A stretch of 64,000 nucleotides of DNA from an uncultured Rhodobacteraceae bacterium. GTDB lineage: Bacteria > Pseudomonadota > Alphaproteobacteria > Rhodobacterales > Rhodobacteraceae. The notes beneath the pieces are model-generated. The model did not search any database, was not told the origin of the DNA, and worked only from the letters and a program-made list of their open reading frames with translations. The translations under genes were made by a program, and so were the position numbers. The stretch's first letter is position 1; each line of letters opens with the position of its first letter. The DNA is taken from positions 35,857 to 99,856 of the forward strand of contig CANMPD010000012.1 in NCBI GenBank assembly GCA_947499635.1. Reading direction: 5' to 3'. Below are positions 29,446-39,227 of the stretch, one piece after another.

Positions 29446-30058
29446 ACCGAACTCCTTTCACAGAATTGGTCTCTCGGCCCCCACCGAACTGAACACAGCT
29501 CTTTAACCCACACCACAGAAGGCTCCCCAGCCCAATGCGGCTCACTTGCGCCACGGATACCCGCGACAGCACAATGTAATCTCTCTGATAGATCAGAGAC
29601 AAAATTCGCCACGCCAAGATACGATATATCCCCATCAACACCGTCGAAAATCGACGAGGTGACAGAACATCACGATACGTGGCAAATAGATTGGAATAAA
29701 AAAAGCAAGCAAGAGACCGTAACAGCATGTCTCTGGACAAATAAGCCCGCATGGCAGCGCGTATGGCTAATAAGATACTCACTTCGTTATTACGTCTCCG
29801 ATTAGAGTGTAATCATCAAAAATCTGGCGAAACACCACCAATGGTAGCGTTCGAATCAGTCTTCTATACTCAATATTGCATAAAAACCGCGATTACCTAG
29901 TGTTTTTCGAAGATGTAGCCTGTAAATTAATTGCTTACACTATATCTATTGCAGACTAGCAACATATATACGCAACTGACGCTGATTGCTGACGACCGTG
30001 ACCCTTGCGCATAAGATCAGGTTGCGCCACACTGACCCCTGAACAATCAGAGGCTCCT

Positions 30059-30514
30059 ATGCGCAAATTCCTTGTTGTCCTAGATGATAGCCGTGAGTGC
30101 TTGAACGCCCTGCGTTTTGCTGCAATGCGTGCAGCAAATACCGGAGGTGGTGTTGAGATCTTGGCGATTATTCCGCCTGAAGAATTCAATCACTGGATCG
30201 GCGTCGGCGAAGTCATGCGCCAAGAGGCGCGCGAACGTATCCATGCGCACTTTGAGGTTTTCGCCAAATGGATGCGCGACAAACAGCATGTAGACCCCGA
30301 ATTGGTCATTCGCGAAGGAAAACCTGTCCAAGAAATCATGAATCAAATCGCAGAAGATCCCGAAGTCGGCGTTTTGGTTTTGGGCGCGGCAAGTGATCGT
30401 AAAGGCCCCGGCCCCTTGGTTACACAACTGACCAAAAGCGCAGGCTCGCTTCCCGTACCGGTCACGATCGTTCCTGGCGATTTGTCCAAAGAAAAGCTAG
30501 AAGCGATTACGTAG
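30059..30514 (+). CDS. universal stress protein family protein
   Basis: MRKFLVVLDDSRECLNALRFAA...VLVLGA...PVPVTIVPG. ORF start trimmed to ATG 30059. Confidence 0.85.
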   Translation: MRKFLVVLDDSRECLNALRFAAMRAANTGGGVEILAIIPPEEFNHWIGVGEVMRQEARERIHAHFEVFAKWMRDKQHVDPELVIREGKPVQEIMNQIAEDPEVGVLVLGAASDRKGPGPLVTQLTKSAGSLPVPVTIVPGDLSKEKLEAIT

Positions 30515-30574
30515 AACGTCATACCCCCCTGCTTCACGGTGTTTTGACAGTTAATTTTACAGCCTTCGAATTTA

Positions 30575-30591
30575 GAACGATTCTAAAACTT
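30575..30591. promoter_or_regulatory. perfect palindrome TTTAGAA-cga-TTCTAAA upstream of nfu (candidate operator)
   Basis: 7+3+7 palindrome 54 nt upstream of the Nfu/NifU start, next to TTGAC-type -35-like hexamers. Confidence 0.3.
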
Positions 30592-30644
30592 GACTTTAGA
30601 TGCAGGGGCGCGCATATCCATAGGGACCCATTCGGAGGCTCCAT

Positions 30645-31208
30645 ATGTTTATTCAAACCGAATCCACACCAAACCCTGCAACACTCAAGTTCTTGCCAGG
30701 TCAAACCGTCTTGGACGCAGGCACCGCAGATTTTGCGTCACGTGATGCTGCACAGCACTCTCCGCTCGCTACGCGTATTTTTGCCGTTGAGGGCGTCACC
30801 GGTGTGTTTTTTGGTCATGACTTTGTAACAGTCACCAAGGAAGAGACATTGGAGTGGGACCACATCAAACCCGCTATTTTGGGTGCCGTGATGGAGCACT
30901 ATCAATCTGGTCAGCCCGTCATGGCAAGTGGGACAGCACAAACGCCAGCCCATGCCGAGCATACCGGAGAAGATGGCGAAATCGTTGATCAGATCAAGGA
31001 TCTTCTGGATAGCCGTGTTCGCCCTGCCGTTGCACAAGATGGGGGTGACATCACATTCCATGGCTTTGAACGCGGTATTGTTTACCTGCACATGCAGGGC
31101 GCCTGCGCGGGTTGCCCATCTTCAACACTCACGTTGAAAATGGGGATCGAAAACTTGTTGCGCCACTATATCCCTGAGGTCACCGAGGTGCGCCCGGTTG
31201 CTGTCTGA
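30645..31208 (+). CDS. NifU/Nfu-family Fe-S cluster assembly protein
   Basis: MFIQTESTPNPATLKFLPG (Nfu_N domain) plus a C-terminal CxxC (GACAGCPSS) NifU domain. Confidence 0.9.
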   Translation: MFIQTESTPNPATLKFLPGQTVLDAGTADFASRDAAQHSPLATRIFAVEGVTGVFFGHDFVTVTKEETLEWDHIKPAILGAVMEHYQSGQPVMASGTAQTPAHAEHTGEDGEIVDQIKDLLDSRVRPAVAQDGGDITFHGFERGIVYLHMQGACAGCPSSTLTLKMGIENLLRHYIPEVTEVRPVAV

Positions 31209-31401
31209 CGCCAGCGACACCCCTTACAGCAACAACGCGCTGCTATAACAGCGCATTACATCGATCATTATACATTTCGCTTTGACCCCAGTGACCATCA
31301 CCACATGAGTGGTGGTCGCTCATGGACAACGCTGATACCCTATGATGCTCCTGTATTTTCCAAATACAGTTCAGATTTAGGTATTTGTAGCCAGAGTCTT
31401 C

Positions 31402-32082
31402 GTGTACAGCCTGCAACAGATACCTCTCGTCACAAACACACCTCAGAACGTACAGAACTGCATACTGCCGGAGACATCTTCTTTGACACGTGAACCGCTT
31501 GTATTGGCTTTCGACACCTCCGGGCCCTATTGCGCTGCAACACTCACTTGCGCAGATGTGGTTATCGCAGAGTGCGCACAAGAGATGACCCGCGGCCAAG
31601 CCGAACGATTGTTCCCCCTGTTGCAAGAGGTCATGGCCGCCGGTGATACAACCTGGTCTCAGCTTGACGCGATTGGAGTGGGAACGGGTCCTGGGAACTT
31701 CACAGGCATTCGCGTCTCAGTATCAGCCGCCCGAGGTTTGGCGCTTGGGTTGAATATTCCGGCCGTGGGCGTGGATGGATTTGAGGCCCGCGCCACAGTG
31801 GGCTGCCTTACCGCGATTCCTGCCCCCCGCGATCATGTCTATGCCCAAATCCCCACAGAGACCGCGCCGCGTCTCATGCCCGTTCAAGAGGCCGAAGACA
31901 GCGCGCGCGACGCAGGGCTAACCATTGCGCCAGCCGCAATGCCACTTGAGATCACTCGACGTATCGCGGCGCTTGCCGCGCAACGCTACCGATGCAACCC
32001 AGGCGCGCCCGCTCCGCTTTATCTACGCGCTGCCGACGCCGCGCCCGCGCGCGACAGCGCGCCCGACCTCCTCGATGACTGA
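31402..32082 (+). CDS. tsaB: tRNA N6-threonylcarbamoyladenosine biosynthesis protein TsaB
   Basis: LVLAFDTSGPYCAATL... and ...IGVGTGPGNFTGIRV. The true start is probably the in-frame TTG at 31483. Overlaps rimI. Confidence 0.8.
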   Translation: MYSLQQIPLVTNTPQNVQNCILPETSSLTREPLVLAFDTSGPYCAATLTCADVVIAECAQEMTRGQAERLFPLLQEVMAAGDTTWSQLDAIGVGTGPGNFTGIRVSVSAARGLALGLNIPAVGVDGFEARATVGCLTAIPAPRDHVYAQIPTETAPRLMPVQEAEDSARDAGLTIAPAAMPLEITRRIAALAAQRYRCNPGAPAPLYLRAADAAPARDSAPDLLDD

Positions 32083-32497
32083 TCTAACCGCGGATCAAAT
32101 GGCCGACACTCATCGCGCTGCATTCAACCAGTCGCGCCCTTGGGGTAAGGTCGAGTTTGAAAGCCTTCTGAAGGATCGCTTTACCTTTGCTATCGGAAAC
32201 AGATACTGTTTTGCCCTAGGGCGTGTCATCGCAGACGAAGCCGAGCTGCTTACCCTTGCCACTCACCCAGATCATCAACGTCAAGGACTGGCCCATGCCC
32301 TTATGCAACGCTGGATGTCCGCAGTTACGGCAAAAAGTGCACGCGATGCTTTCCTCGAGGTTGCGCAAGACAATCACTCTGCCCAACACCTTTACTTGAA
32401 ACTTGGTTTCATCCGTGTCGGTCATCGCAAAGCCTATTACACGCGTAAGAATGCACCACCCGTGGCCGCTGTGCTTATGAAACGTCAGCTTCCCTAA
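32075..32497 (+). CDS. rimI: ribosomal-protein-alanine N-acetyltransferase (GNAT)
   Basis: 140 aa from ATG 32075. GNAT motif A is HPDHQRQGLAHALM. Conserved tsaB-rimI pairing. Confidence 0.85.
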   Translation: MTDLTADQMADTHRAAFNQSRPWGKVEFESLLKDRFTFAIGNRYCFALGRVIADEAELLTLATHPDHQRQGLAHALMQRWMSAVTAKSARDAFLEVAQDNHSAQHLYLKLGFIRVGHRKAYYTRKNAPPVAAVLMKRQLP

Positions 32498-32666
32498 CGG
32501 AAAAGTGTTTTGTTTTGTCCAATAGGTTAAAAAGCGGTTGACCCTACACAAAGACGAACGTCTAAATTATGCTATCATTTGAATAACCACCTCGCATAAT
32601 CGCTGGCATCTCGCGTGACAGCTAGAACAATCACCGCGAGGAAAGACACATAACTGGGAGTAACCA

Positions 32667-33665
32667 ATGACTCTGACCAAAACCCTTATGGGCGCAGCTG
32701 CATCCATCGCCTTAAGCGCAGGCGCAGCTCTTGCCAATCCTGCGATCATCTTTGATCTTGGTGGCAAGTTCGACAAATCCTTTAACGAAGCTGCATATAA
32801 CGGTGCAAAACGTTGGGCGGATGAAACCGATAGCAAGTATCTAGAGATTGAACTGAAATCCGAAGCTCAGCGTGAGCAGGCTTTGCGCCGCTTTGCTGAC
32901 ACCGGTGCCAACCCAATCATAACAGTTGGCTTCGCCATGGCAGATCCGCTGGCGACAGTGGCGCCTGATTATCCTGATACCAATTTTGTCGCCATTGACG
33001 TCACATGGTTAGAAGCCGAGAACATTCGCCAAATCGGCTTTGCTGAGCACGAGGGTTCATATCTCGTTGGTATGTTGGCAGCGATGAAATCCCAAAACGA
33101 CACCGTCGGATTTGTGGGTGGCATGGATATTCCCTTAATTCGCCACTTTGCCTGCGGCTATGCCCAAGGTGCCAAAGCGGTAAACCCTGACATCAAGCTG
33201 ATCGCAAACATGACCGGCACCACACCTGCCGCATGGAATGATCCTGTAAAGGGCTCCGAATTGACCAAAGCTCAGATCGCACAAGGCGCTGATGTGGTTT
33301 ACGCAGCCGCGGGCGGAACCGGTGTTGGCGTTCTGCAAACAGCTGCCGACGAAGGCATTTTGTCCATTGGCGTTGACAGCAACCAAAACCATTTGCACCC
33401 GGGCAAAGTCCTGACATCTATGCTAAAACGCGTTGATGTTGCTGTTTACGACGCTCTGACTGCTGGTGATGATCTGGAAACCGGTGTCTTTGCTATGGGT
33501 CTCGCAGAAGAAGGCGTTGGCTATGCGCTGGATGAAAACAATGCTTCGCTGATCACTGAAGAAATGGCTGCTACGGCCGATGCCGCGCGCGAAAAAATCA
33601 TCGCAGGTGAACTGAATGTTGTCAGCTACTATGAAAACAGCAGCTGCCCCGTACTCGATTTCTGA
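32667..33665 (+). CDS. BMP-family ABC transporter substrate-binding protein (nucleoside-type)
   Basis: 332 aa, signal peptide, DKSFNEAAYNGAKRWADE...VGFVGGMDIPLI. Confidence 0.9.
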   Translation: MTLTKTLMGAAASIALSAGAALANPAIIFDLGGKFDKSFNEAAYNGAKRWADETDSKYLEIELKSEAQREQALRRFADTGANPIITVGFAMADPLATVAPDYPDTNFVAIDVTWLEAENIRQIGFAEHEGSYLVGMLAAMKSQNDTVGFVGGMDIPLIRHFACGYAQGAKAVNPDIKLIANMTGTTPAAWNDPVKGSELTKAQIAQGADVVYAAAGGTGVGVLQTAADEGILSIGVDSNQNHLHPGKVLTSMLKRVDVAVYDALTAGDDLETGVFAMGLAEEGVGYALDENNASLITEEMAATADAAREKIIAGELNVVSYYENSSCPVLDF

Positions 33666-33692
33666 TTTTGTAGAAATCACTATGTAAGCTGC

Positions 33693-33730
33693 TGAAATTT
33701 TACCCGGAGGACGTTTTACGCGTCCTCCGG
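33693..33730 (+). terminator. intra-operon terminator/attenuator after the SBP gene
   Basis: Perfect 11-bp stem CCCGGAGGACG/CGTCCTCCGGG followed by TTTGGTTTTTATT. Confidence 0.65.
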
Positions 33731-33813
33731 GTTTGGTTTTTATTGCACGTGTTTTATACAATACGTTCTGAATAAAACGAATACGCTGACACGAAAATCT
33801 GAGGGACGCCCGC

Positions 33814-35370
33814 ATGACGGCACCGCACACCGATAGCCCTGCTCTTGAACTTAAGGGGATTTCAAAGGCCTTTGGCCCAGTACAGGCCAACAAAGACATC
33901 TCTATCAGCGTCCTTCCTGGTACGATTCACGGTATCATCGGTGAGAATGGCGCGGGAAAATCAACGTTGATGAGTATCCTTTACGGGTTCTACAAAGCCG
34001 ATAAAGGCGAGATATGGATCAACGGGACACGCACGGAAATTCCCGACAGCCAGACCGCAATTGCTGCGGGTATTGGCATGGTATTTCAACACTTTAAACT
34101 GGTTGAGAACTTCACTGTTCTGGAAAACATCGTATTGGGGGCTGAGGACAGCGGTCTTTTGATGCCCTCGCTGAGCCGCGCCCGTAAAGAATTGAAAGCC
34201 CTGGCACGTGAGTATGAGCTGTCTGTCGATCCCGACGCGCGGATTGATGAGATCGGTGTTGGAATGCAGCAACGAGTCGAGATTCTCAAAGCACTGTATC
34301 GCAAAGCCCAAATTTTGATTTTAGATGAGCCCACAGGCGTGTTGACCCCTGCAGAAGCCGACCAGCTGTTTCGGATTCTTGATCGTTTGCGCAGCGAGGG
34401 GAAAACCATCTTGTTGATCACGCATAAAATGCGCGAAATCATGGAATATACCGATACCGTATCGGTAATGCACCGCGGGCGCATGACTGCAACCGTGAAG
34501 ACTGCAGAAACCTCTCCCGAAGAGCTGGCCGAGCTTATGGTTGGGCGCAAAGTTTTGCTACAAGTAGACAAAACACCTGCGCAACCCGGCGCACCGATCC
34601 TTGAGATTGAGAATTTACGCGTCACGGATGAAGCAGGCGTTTTGCGTGTTAAAGGCATCAACCTCACTTTGCGCGCAGGCGAAATTCTGGGCATTGCCGG
34701 TGTTGCTGGCAATGGTCAATCTGAATTTCTCGAAGTTCTGGGCGGTATGTCCAGTGATGGCGCGCGTATTGAGGGTACAGTAAAGCTACATGGGCAACCT
34801 TTGTCGTTAAAAGGCCCGGGATCTGATGCCAAACAGCGCCGTGCCGACAAAATTGGGCATGTCCCCGAAGACCGGCAGCGCGAAGGTTTGATCATGGACT
34901 TTCATGCCTGGGAAAATGTAGCCTTTGGCTATCACCGCGCCCCAGAATATCAATCTGGCCTGTTGATGAACAATGCCGAATTGCGTGCCGACACTGAGGC
35001 AAAGATGGCGAAATTTGATGTGCGCCCTCCGCATCCGTGGTTGGCCGCAAAAAGCTTTTCTGGTGGAAATCAACAAAAGATCGTTGTCGCGCGCGAAATC
35101 GAACGCAATCCAGACCTGCTACTAATCGGCCAACCAACCCGCGGCGTGGACATCGGTGCCATTGAATTCATTCACCAGCAAATCGTGGCTCTGCGCGATC
35201 AAGGTAAAGCGATCTTGCTTGTGTCTGTAGAACTCGAAGAGATCCTATCGCTCAGCGACCGCGTTGCAGTCATGTTTGACGGCAATATCATGGGCGAACG
35301 TGCCACCGCTGACACCAATGAAAAAGAGCTTGGCCTGATGATGGCCGGAATCGCGGGGGAGGCCGCGTAA
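33814..35370 (+). CDS. ABC transporter ATP-binding protein (two fused ATPase domains)
   Basis: 518 aa. Walker A GENGAGKST, signature and Walker B (ILILDEPT), then a second, degenerate nucleotide-binding domain (LSGGNQQK). Confidence 0.9.
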   Translation: MTAPHTDSPALELKGISKAFGPVQANKDISISVLPGTIHGIIGENGAGKSTLMSILYGFYKADKGEIWINGTRTEIPDSQTAIAAGIGMVFQHFKLVENFTVLENIVLGAEDSGLLMPSLSRARKELKALAREYELSVDPDARIDEIGVGMQQRVEILKALYRKAQILILDEPTGVLTPAEADQLFRILDRLRSEGKTILLITHKMREIMEYTDTVSVMHRGRMTATVKTAETSPEELAELMVGRKVLLQVDKTPAQPGAPILEIENLRVTDEAGVLRVKGINLTLRAGEILGIAGVAGNGQSEFLEVLGGMSSDGARIEGTVKLHGQPLSLKGPGSDAKQRRADKIGHVPEDRQREGLIMDFHAWENVAFGYHRAPEYQSGLLMNNAELRADTEAKMAKFDVRPPHPWLAAKSFSGGNQQKIVVAREIERNPDLLLIGQPTRGVDIGAIEFIHQQIVALRDQGKAILLVSVELEEILSLSDRVAVMFDGNIMGERATADTNEKELGLMMAGIAGEAA

Positions 35371-36465
35371 ATGGAAAAGATGCCAAAATGGGCAGACGTT
35401 GTTCTAATCCCTGTGATTAGCCTGTTGTTAGCCGCCCTTATCTCTGCCCTCGTTATTCTTGCAATTGGCGAAGACCCAATCGAAGCGCTGAACCTGATGA
35501 TCACCGGTGCGCTTGGATCAACCTATGGCTGGGGTTACACGCTGTATTACACGACGAATTTCCTGTTCACCGGTCTTGCGGTTGCAATCGCCGCACATGC
35601 AGGGTTGTTCAATATTGGTGGCGAAGGTCAGGCGATGTTGGGCGGCCTTGGTGTGGCGTTGGTTTGCTTACACCTGCCCCTTCCCCATTGGTCGATCGCC
35701 TTGATTGTTGCCGCATTGGGTGCTGGTATTTTTGGTGCGGTCTGGGCCGCAATCCCCGGTTATCTGCAGGCCAAACGGGGCAGCCACATCGTGATCACCA
35801 CGATCATGTTTAATTTCATCGCTTTTGCCGTGATAAATTACATGCTGGTCGAGGTTCTTAGGCCGCAAGGCGCGATGGATCCCGCAAGCGCCAAATTTCC
35901 CGAAGCCGTGCAGCTGCCCACATTACATGATCTATTGGCACCATTGGGAATTGAGTTTTCAAAATCGGCGCCAGCCAATGTGACGCTGTTTGTGGCGCTT
36001 TTGTCTTGTGTCGCCGTCTGGGGCATTATCTGGCGTACACCGCTGGGATTTGAAATCCGGGCTCTTGGCAAATCCGAGGCTGCGGCGCGCTATGCAGGGA
36101 TTTCGTCCGTACGGATCATCATGATCACCATGATGATTTCTGGGGCTCTATGTGGATTGATGGCCATCAACAATGTTATGGGAGAAGCCGAACGGCTGGT
36201 TCTCAACGCCACCGAAGGTGCAGGCTTTATCGGCATTGCTGTTGCTTTAATGGGGCGCAATCACCCTTTTGGCGTGCTGCTTGCTGCAATTTTATTTGGC
36301 TTCTTATATCAAGGCGGCGCGGAACTTGCCCTTTGGACCAATATCCCAACCGAGCTGATCGTCGTCATCCAAGCCTTGGTCATCCTATTCACCGGTGCCT
36401 TGGACAATATGGTCCGTATTCCACTTGAACGTCTGTTCCTTGCGCTGCGAAAGGAGCCCAACTGA
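35371..36465 (+). CDS. ABC transporter permease
   Basis: 364 aa, multi-TM, follows directly on the ATPase gene. Confidence 0.9.
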   Translation: MEKMPKWADVVLIPVISLLLAALISALVILAIGEDPIEALNLMITGALGSTYGWGYTLYYTTNFLFTGLAVAIAAHAGLFNIGGEGQAMLGGLGVALVCLHLPLPHWSIALIVAALGAGIFGAVWAAIPGYLQAKRGSHIVITTIMFNFIAFAVINYMLVEVLRPQGAMDPASAKFPEAVQLPTLHDLLAPLGIEFSKSAPANVTLFVALLSCVAVWGIIWRTPLGFEIRALGKSEAAARYAGISSVRIIMITMMISGALCGLMAINNVMGEAERLVLNATEGAGFIGIAVALMGRNHPFGVLLAAILFGFLYQGGAELALWTNIPTELIVVIQALVILFTGALDNMVRIPLERLFLALRKEPN

Positions 36466-37430
36466 TGGACTTCCTGACACTCATCCAAGTTTTAGACAGC
36501 ACATTACGTATGGCAACTCCGCTCTTGCTATGCTGCCTTGCCGGGTTGTTTTCCGAACGTGCTGGCATTTTTGACATCGGGCTTGAAGGTAAGATGCTGA
36601 TGGCCGCGTTTTTCTCGGCCGCGGTTGCGGCTGTCAGTGGCAATGTTTGGCTTGGTATGCTGGCAGGGATTGCCGCATCACTGATCCTGTCTGGGCTGCA
36701 TGGCGTGGCCTCGATAACGTTTCGTGGGAACCAATTGATCTCAGGCGTTGCGATCAATTTCCTTGCCTCAGGTCTAACGGTCCTCATCGCGCAAAGCTGG
36801 TTCCAACAAGGCGGGCGCACTCCGTCCTTGATTGGAAATGGACGGTTCGAAGACATTACGCTGCCTTTTGCGGATGCTCTGGCGGATGTACCACTCCTTG
36901 GGCCGATCTATTCGGAACTGATTTCGGGACATAGCTTTATCGTTTATCTGGCCCTCGCCTGTGTTCCCGCCACATGGTGGATACTGTTTCGGACTCGCTT
37001 TGGCCTGCGCTTGCGCGCTGTCGGAGAAAACCCCGCAGCGGTCGACACAGCAGGTATTTCCGTCGTGCGGCTGCGTTTTGCAGCGGTCGGGATCTGCGGT
37101 GTTCTATGCGGCATCGCCGGTGCATATCTGGCCACAGGTTTACAGGCAGGTTTTGTGAAAGAAATGAGCTCGGGACGTGGTTATATTGCCCTCGCTGCGC
37201 TGATTTTTGCCAAATGGCGGCCATGGCATGCCCTTGGTGCGTGCCTGTTGTTTGGCTTACTGCAAGCCATAGCCCTGCGTTTCCAAAGTATAGAGATCCT
37301 GGGTTTGACAATTCCTGTTCAGGTTATGGAAGCCCTTCCTTATATTCTGACCGTGGTGATCTTGGCAGGTTTTGTCGGCAAGGCGGTCCCCCCCAAAGCA
37401 GGTGGAGAGCCTTACGTGAAGGAACGTTAA
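36465..37430 (+). CDS. ABC transporter permease
   Basis: 321 aa, multi-TM, start overlaps the previous stop. Confidence 0.9.
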   Translation: MDFLTLIQVLDSTLRMATPLLLCCLAGLFSERAGIFDIGLEGKMLMAAFFSAAVAAVSGNVWLGMLAGIAASLILSGLHGVASITFRGNQLISGVAINFLASGLTVLIAQSWFQQGGRTPSLIGNGRFEDITLPFADALADVPLLGPIYSELISGHSFIVYLALACVPATWWILFRTRFGLRLRAVGENPAAVDTAGISVVRLRFAAVGICGVLCGIAGAYLATGLQAGFVKEMSSGRGYIALAALIFAKWRPWHALGACLLFGLLQAIALRFQSIEILGLTIPVQVMEALPYILTVVILAGFVGKAVPPKAGGEPYVKER

Positions 37431-37434
37431 CAAC

Positions 37435-37462
37435 AAAGCCTCCGCAAAACGGAGGCTTTGTC
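37435..37462 (+). terminator. rho-independent terminator of the BMP-ABC operon
   Basis: AAAGCCTCCG-caaaa-CGGAGGCTTT, a perfect 10-bp stem 4 nt after the stop. Confidence 0.7.
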
Positions 37463-37684
37463 CATTATGGTGCCGGCTTGTACTGCAACGGCGCCAAGAC
37501 CTAAAACTTATGGATTTTTAAAAGATCACCTTACAAACTATCATATCAAGCGTGATTTCTTCACCATATCAGCAACCAAACTCGCGATAGACAGAATATT
37601 TTTATGTCTTGCGATACCGCCTTAACTTAGTCGTAGTTTTCTGAAAGATTGCGCGCAAGTCAGTGGTGTTATGAGGGAAAGACC

Positions 37685-39172
37685 ATGAAACTAAGTACGA
37701 TTGGCATGCTGTGGATGGAAGGCCCTCTCAGCTACCTCGAGCAGCTCTGTGTTAAATCCTTTGTTGACGCAGGTCATGAGGTGGTATTGTACCACTATGG
37801 TGATGTTTATAACGTCCCTGACGGTGTCGAAATGGATGATGCTGGGCAATTCCTGCCTCGTGACGGCTTTCTCGTCCATAAACGGACCGGCAGCCCTGCG
37901 CTTCACTCCGATGTCTTTCGCTATAAAATGCTTAAAGCCAGCCGTAATATGATTTGGGCCGACACCGATGCCTATTGCTATCGCCCCTTTGAAACGCCCA
38001 ACGGCCATTTTTACGGCTGGGAATCCAAAACGCATATCAATGGCGGTGTCTTAGGACTGCCGCACGATTCGGAAACGCTGGATGCGCTGCTCGAGTTCAC
38101 ATCAGATGAATTCGCAATCCCCAGCTATTACGGCCCCGAGTATGAACAAGAACTTATCAACGCTAAGGCTGCTGGGGTACCAGTGCACGCCAGTGAACAG
38201 CCATGGGGTGTATGGGGTCCGCATGCGATCACGCATTTCTTGCACGTAACTGGCGACGCCAAATACGCCCTGCCCCAAGAAGGGTTGTATCCGTTCACGT
38301 TCAAAGACCGGCGTATGATGTTGAAACGCAATTTTGATGTCACACCTTATGTCACTAAGAACACAAAATCGATCCATTTTTATGGCCGCCGGATGCGCAA
38401 GCGTCTGGTTGAAAAAGAAGGGGGTGAACCACATCCCAAAAGTCTGATTGGGCAATTGCTGAACAAGCATGACATTGATCCGAAACTGGCCCCTCTGCCT
38501 GTTGCAAAACCCGAACCAGATCAGTCAGTACAGCCTGAGCAACCCGCCTTGATCAATTTGGTCGACCTCGTGGGACAAGAAGCTGAGACACAAAGCTCGG
38601 CTGCGCTTTATCAAATGTTGTTCGTCAACAACCGTGCGCAAATCAAAAATCTGCTTCAAATCACTGCAGACAAAGCTGACGTAGCAAAGCCGTCATTGCA
38701 AACATGGATCACCTACCTCCCCGACGCGCAGCTGCACGCGCTCGGGCGCGCAAAAATGTCACCCGTGAAACATGACCGTGTCAGCTATCAAAGCTGTGAC
38801 ATGGATACACGCGATGCGTTTACGCCAATTGTCGCAAAGCTGCCCAATCTGGATGTGGTTATCGACACTGGATCGCAGGCGTCCCACCATCAACAAAACG
38901 CATTTATCGAAATGTGGAGCAAACTCGCATCCGGAGGGATCTACATCTTCGAAGGATTACGTTGGCAACCCGCTGACCTAGAACCCGATAACTTCACCAA
39001 AACCGGTGATCTGTTCTATCGTTATCAGGTCGACAAGGTCTTCAAACATGCTGACAGTGATATGCAATCTGCGTTCGAAGCCATAGCTCCTGAAATCTCT
39101 GGGTGTTTCGTTTTTCAAGTTGATTACAATCGAAACAAGCGCCACCAGATTGCGGTTCTACACAAACGCTAG
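37685..39172 (+). CDS. DXD-motif glycosyltransferase (Gly_transf_sug/Och1-like) fused to a degenerate class-I methyltransferase-like domain
   Basis: N-terminus: HSDVFRYKMLKASRNMIWADTDAYCYRPF. Pro/Gln linker. C-terminus: LDVVIDTGSQASHHQQNAFIEMWSKLASGGIYIFEGL, resembling the IIDDGSH...GG.Y.IED methyltransferase core. ATG 37685 has a GAGGGA RBS. Confidence 0.65.
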   Translation: MKLSTIGMLWMEGPLSYLEQLCVKSFVDAGHEVVLYHYGDVYNVPDGVEMDDAGQFLPRDGFLVHKRTGSPALHSDVFRYKMLKASRNMIWADTDAYCYRPFETPNGHFYGWESKTHINGGVLGLPHDSETLDALLEFTSDEFAIPSYYGPEYEQELINAKAAGVPVHASEQPWGVWGPHAITHFLHVTGDAKYALPQEGLYPFTFKDRRMMLKRNFDVTPYVTKNTKSIHFYGRRMRKRLVEKEGGEPHPKSLIGQLLNKHDIDPKLAPLPVAKPEPDQSVQPEQPALINLVDLVGQEAETQSSAALYQMLFVNNRAQIKNLLQITADKADVAKPSLQTWITYLPDAQLHALGRAKMSPVKHDRVSYQSCDMDTRDAFTPIVAKLPNLDVVIDTGSQASHHQQNAFIEMWSKLASGGIYIFEGLRWQPADLEPDNFTKTGDLFYRYQVDKVFKHADSDMQSAFEAIAPEISGCFVFQVDYNRNKRHQIAVLHKR

Positions 39173-39227
39173 AGACAGGAACCAGAACGGTGCGTTGCCG
39201 TTCTGATCTCTAAAGGAACGATTTAAG

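Noticed and set aside
29378-29782. 134-aa minus-strand ORF upstream of the carboxyltransferase.
   Set aside because: It overlaps the carboxyltransferase start by 68 nt in another frame, and that start has a strong GAAAGGAG RBS. It begins with GTG without an RBS and uses rare codons. It is kept only as a remark in the intergenic-region finding.
31243-31626. 127-aa minus-strand ORF between nfu and tsaB.
   Set aside because: It is Cys/His/Leu-rich, antisense to the tsaB 5' region, and has no RBS. Most likely spurious.
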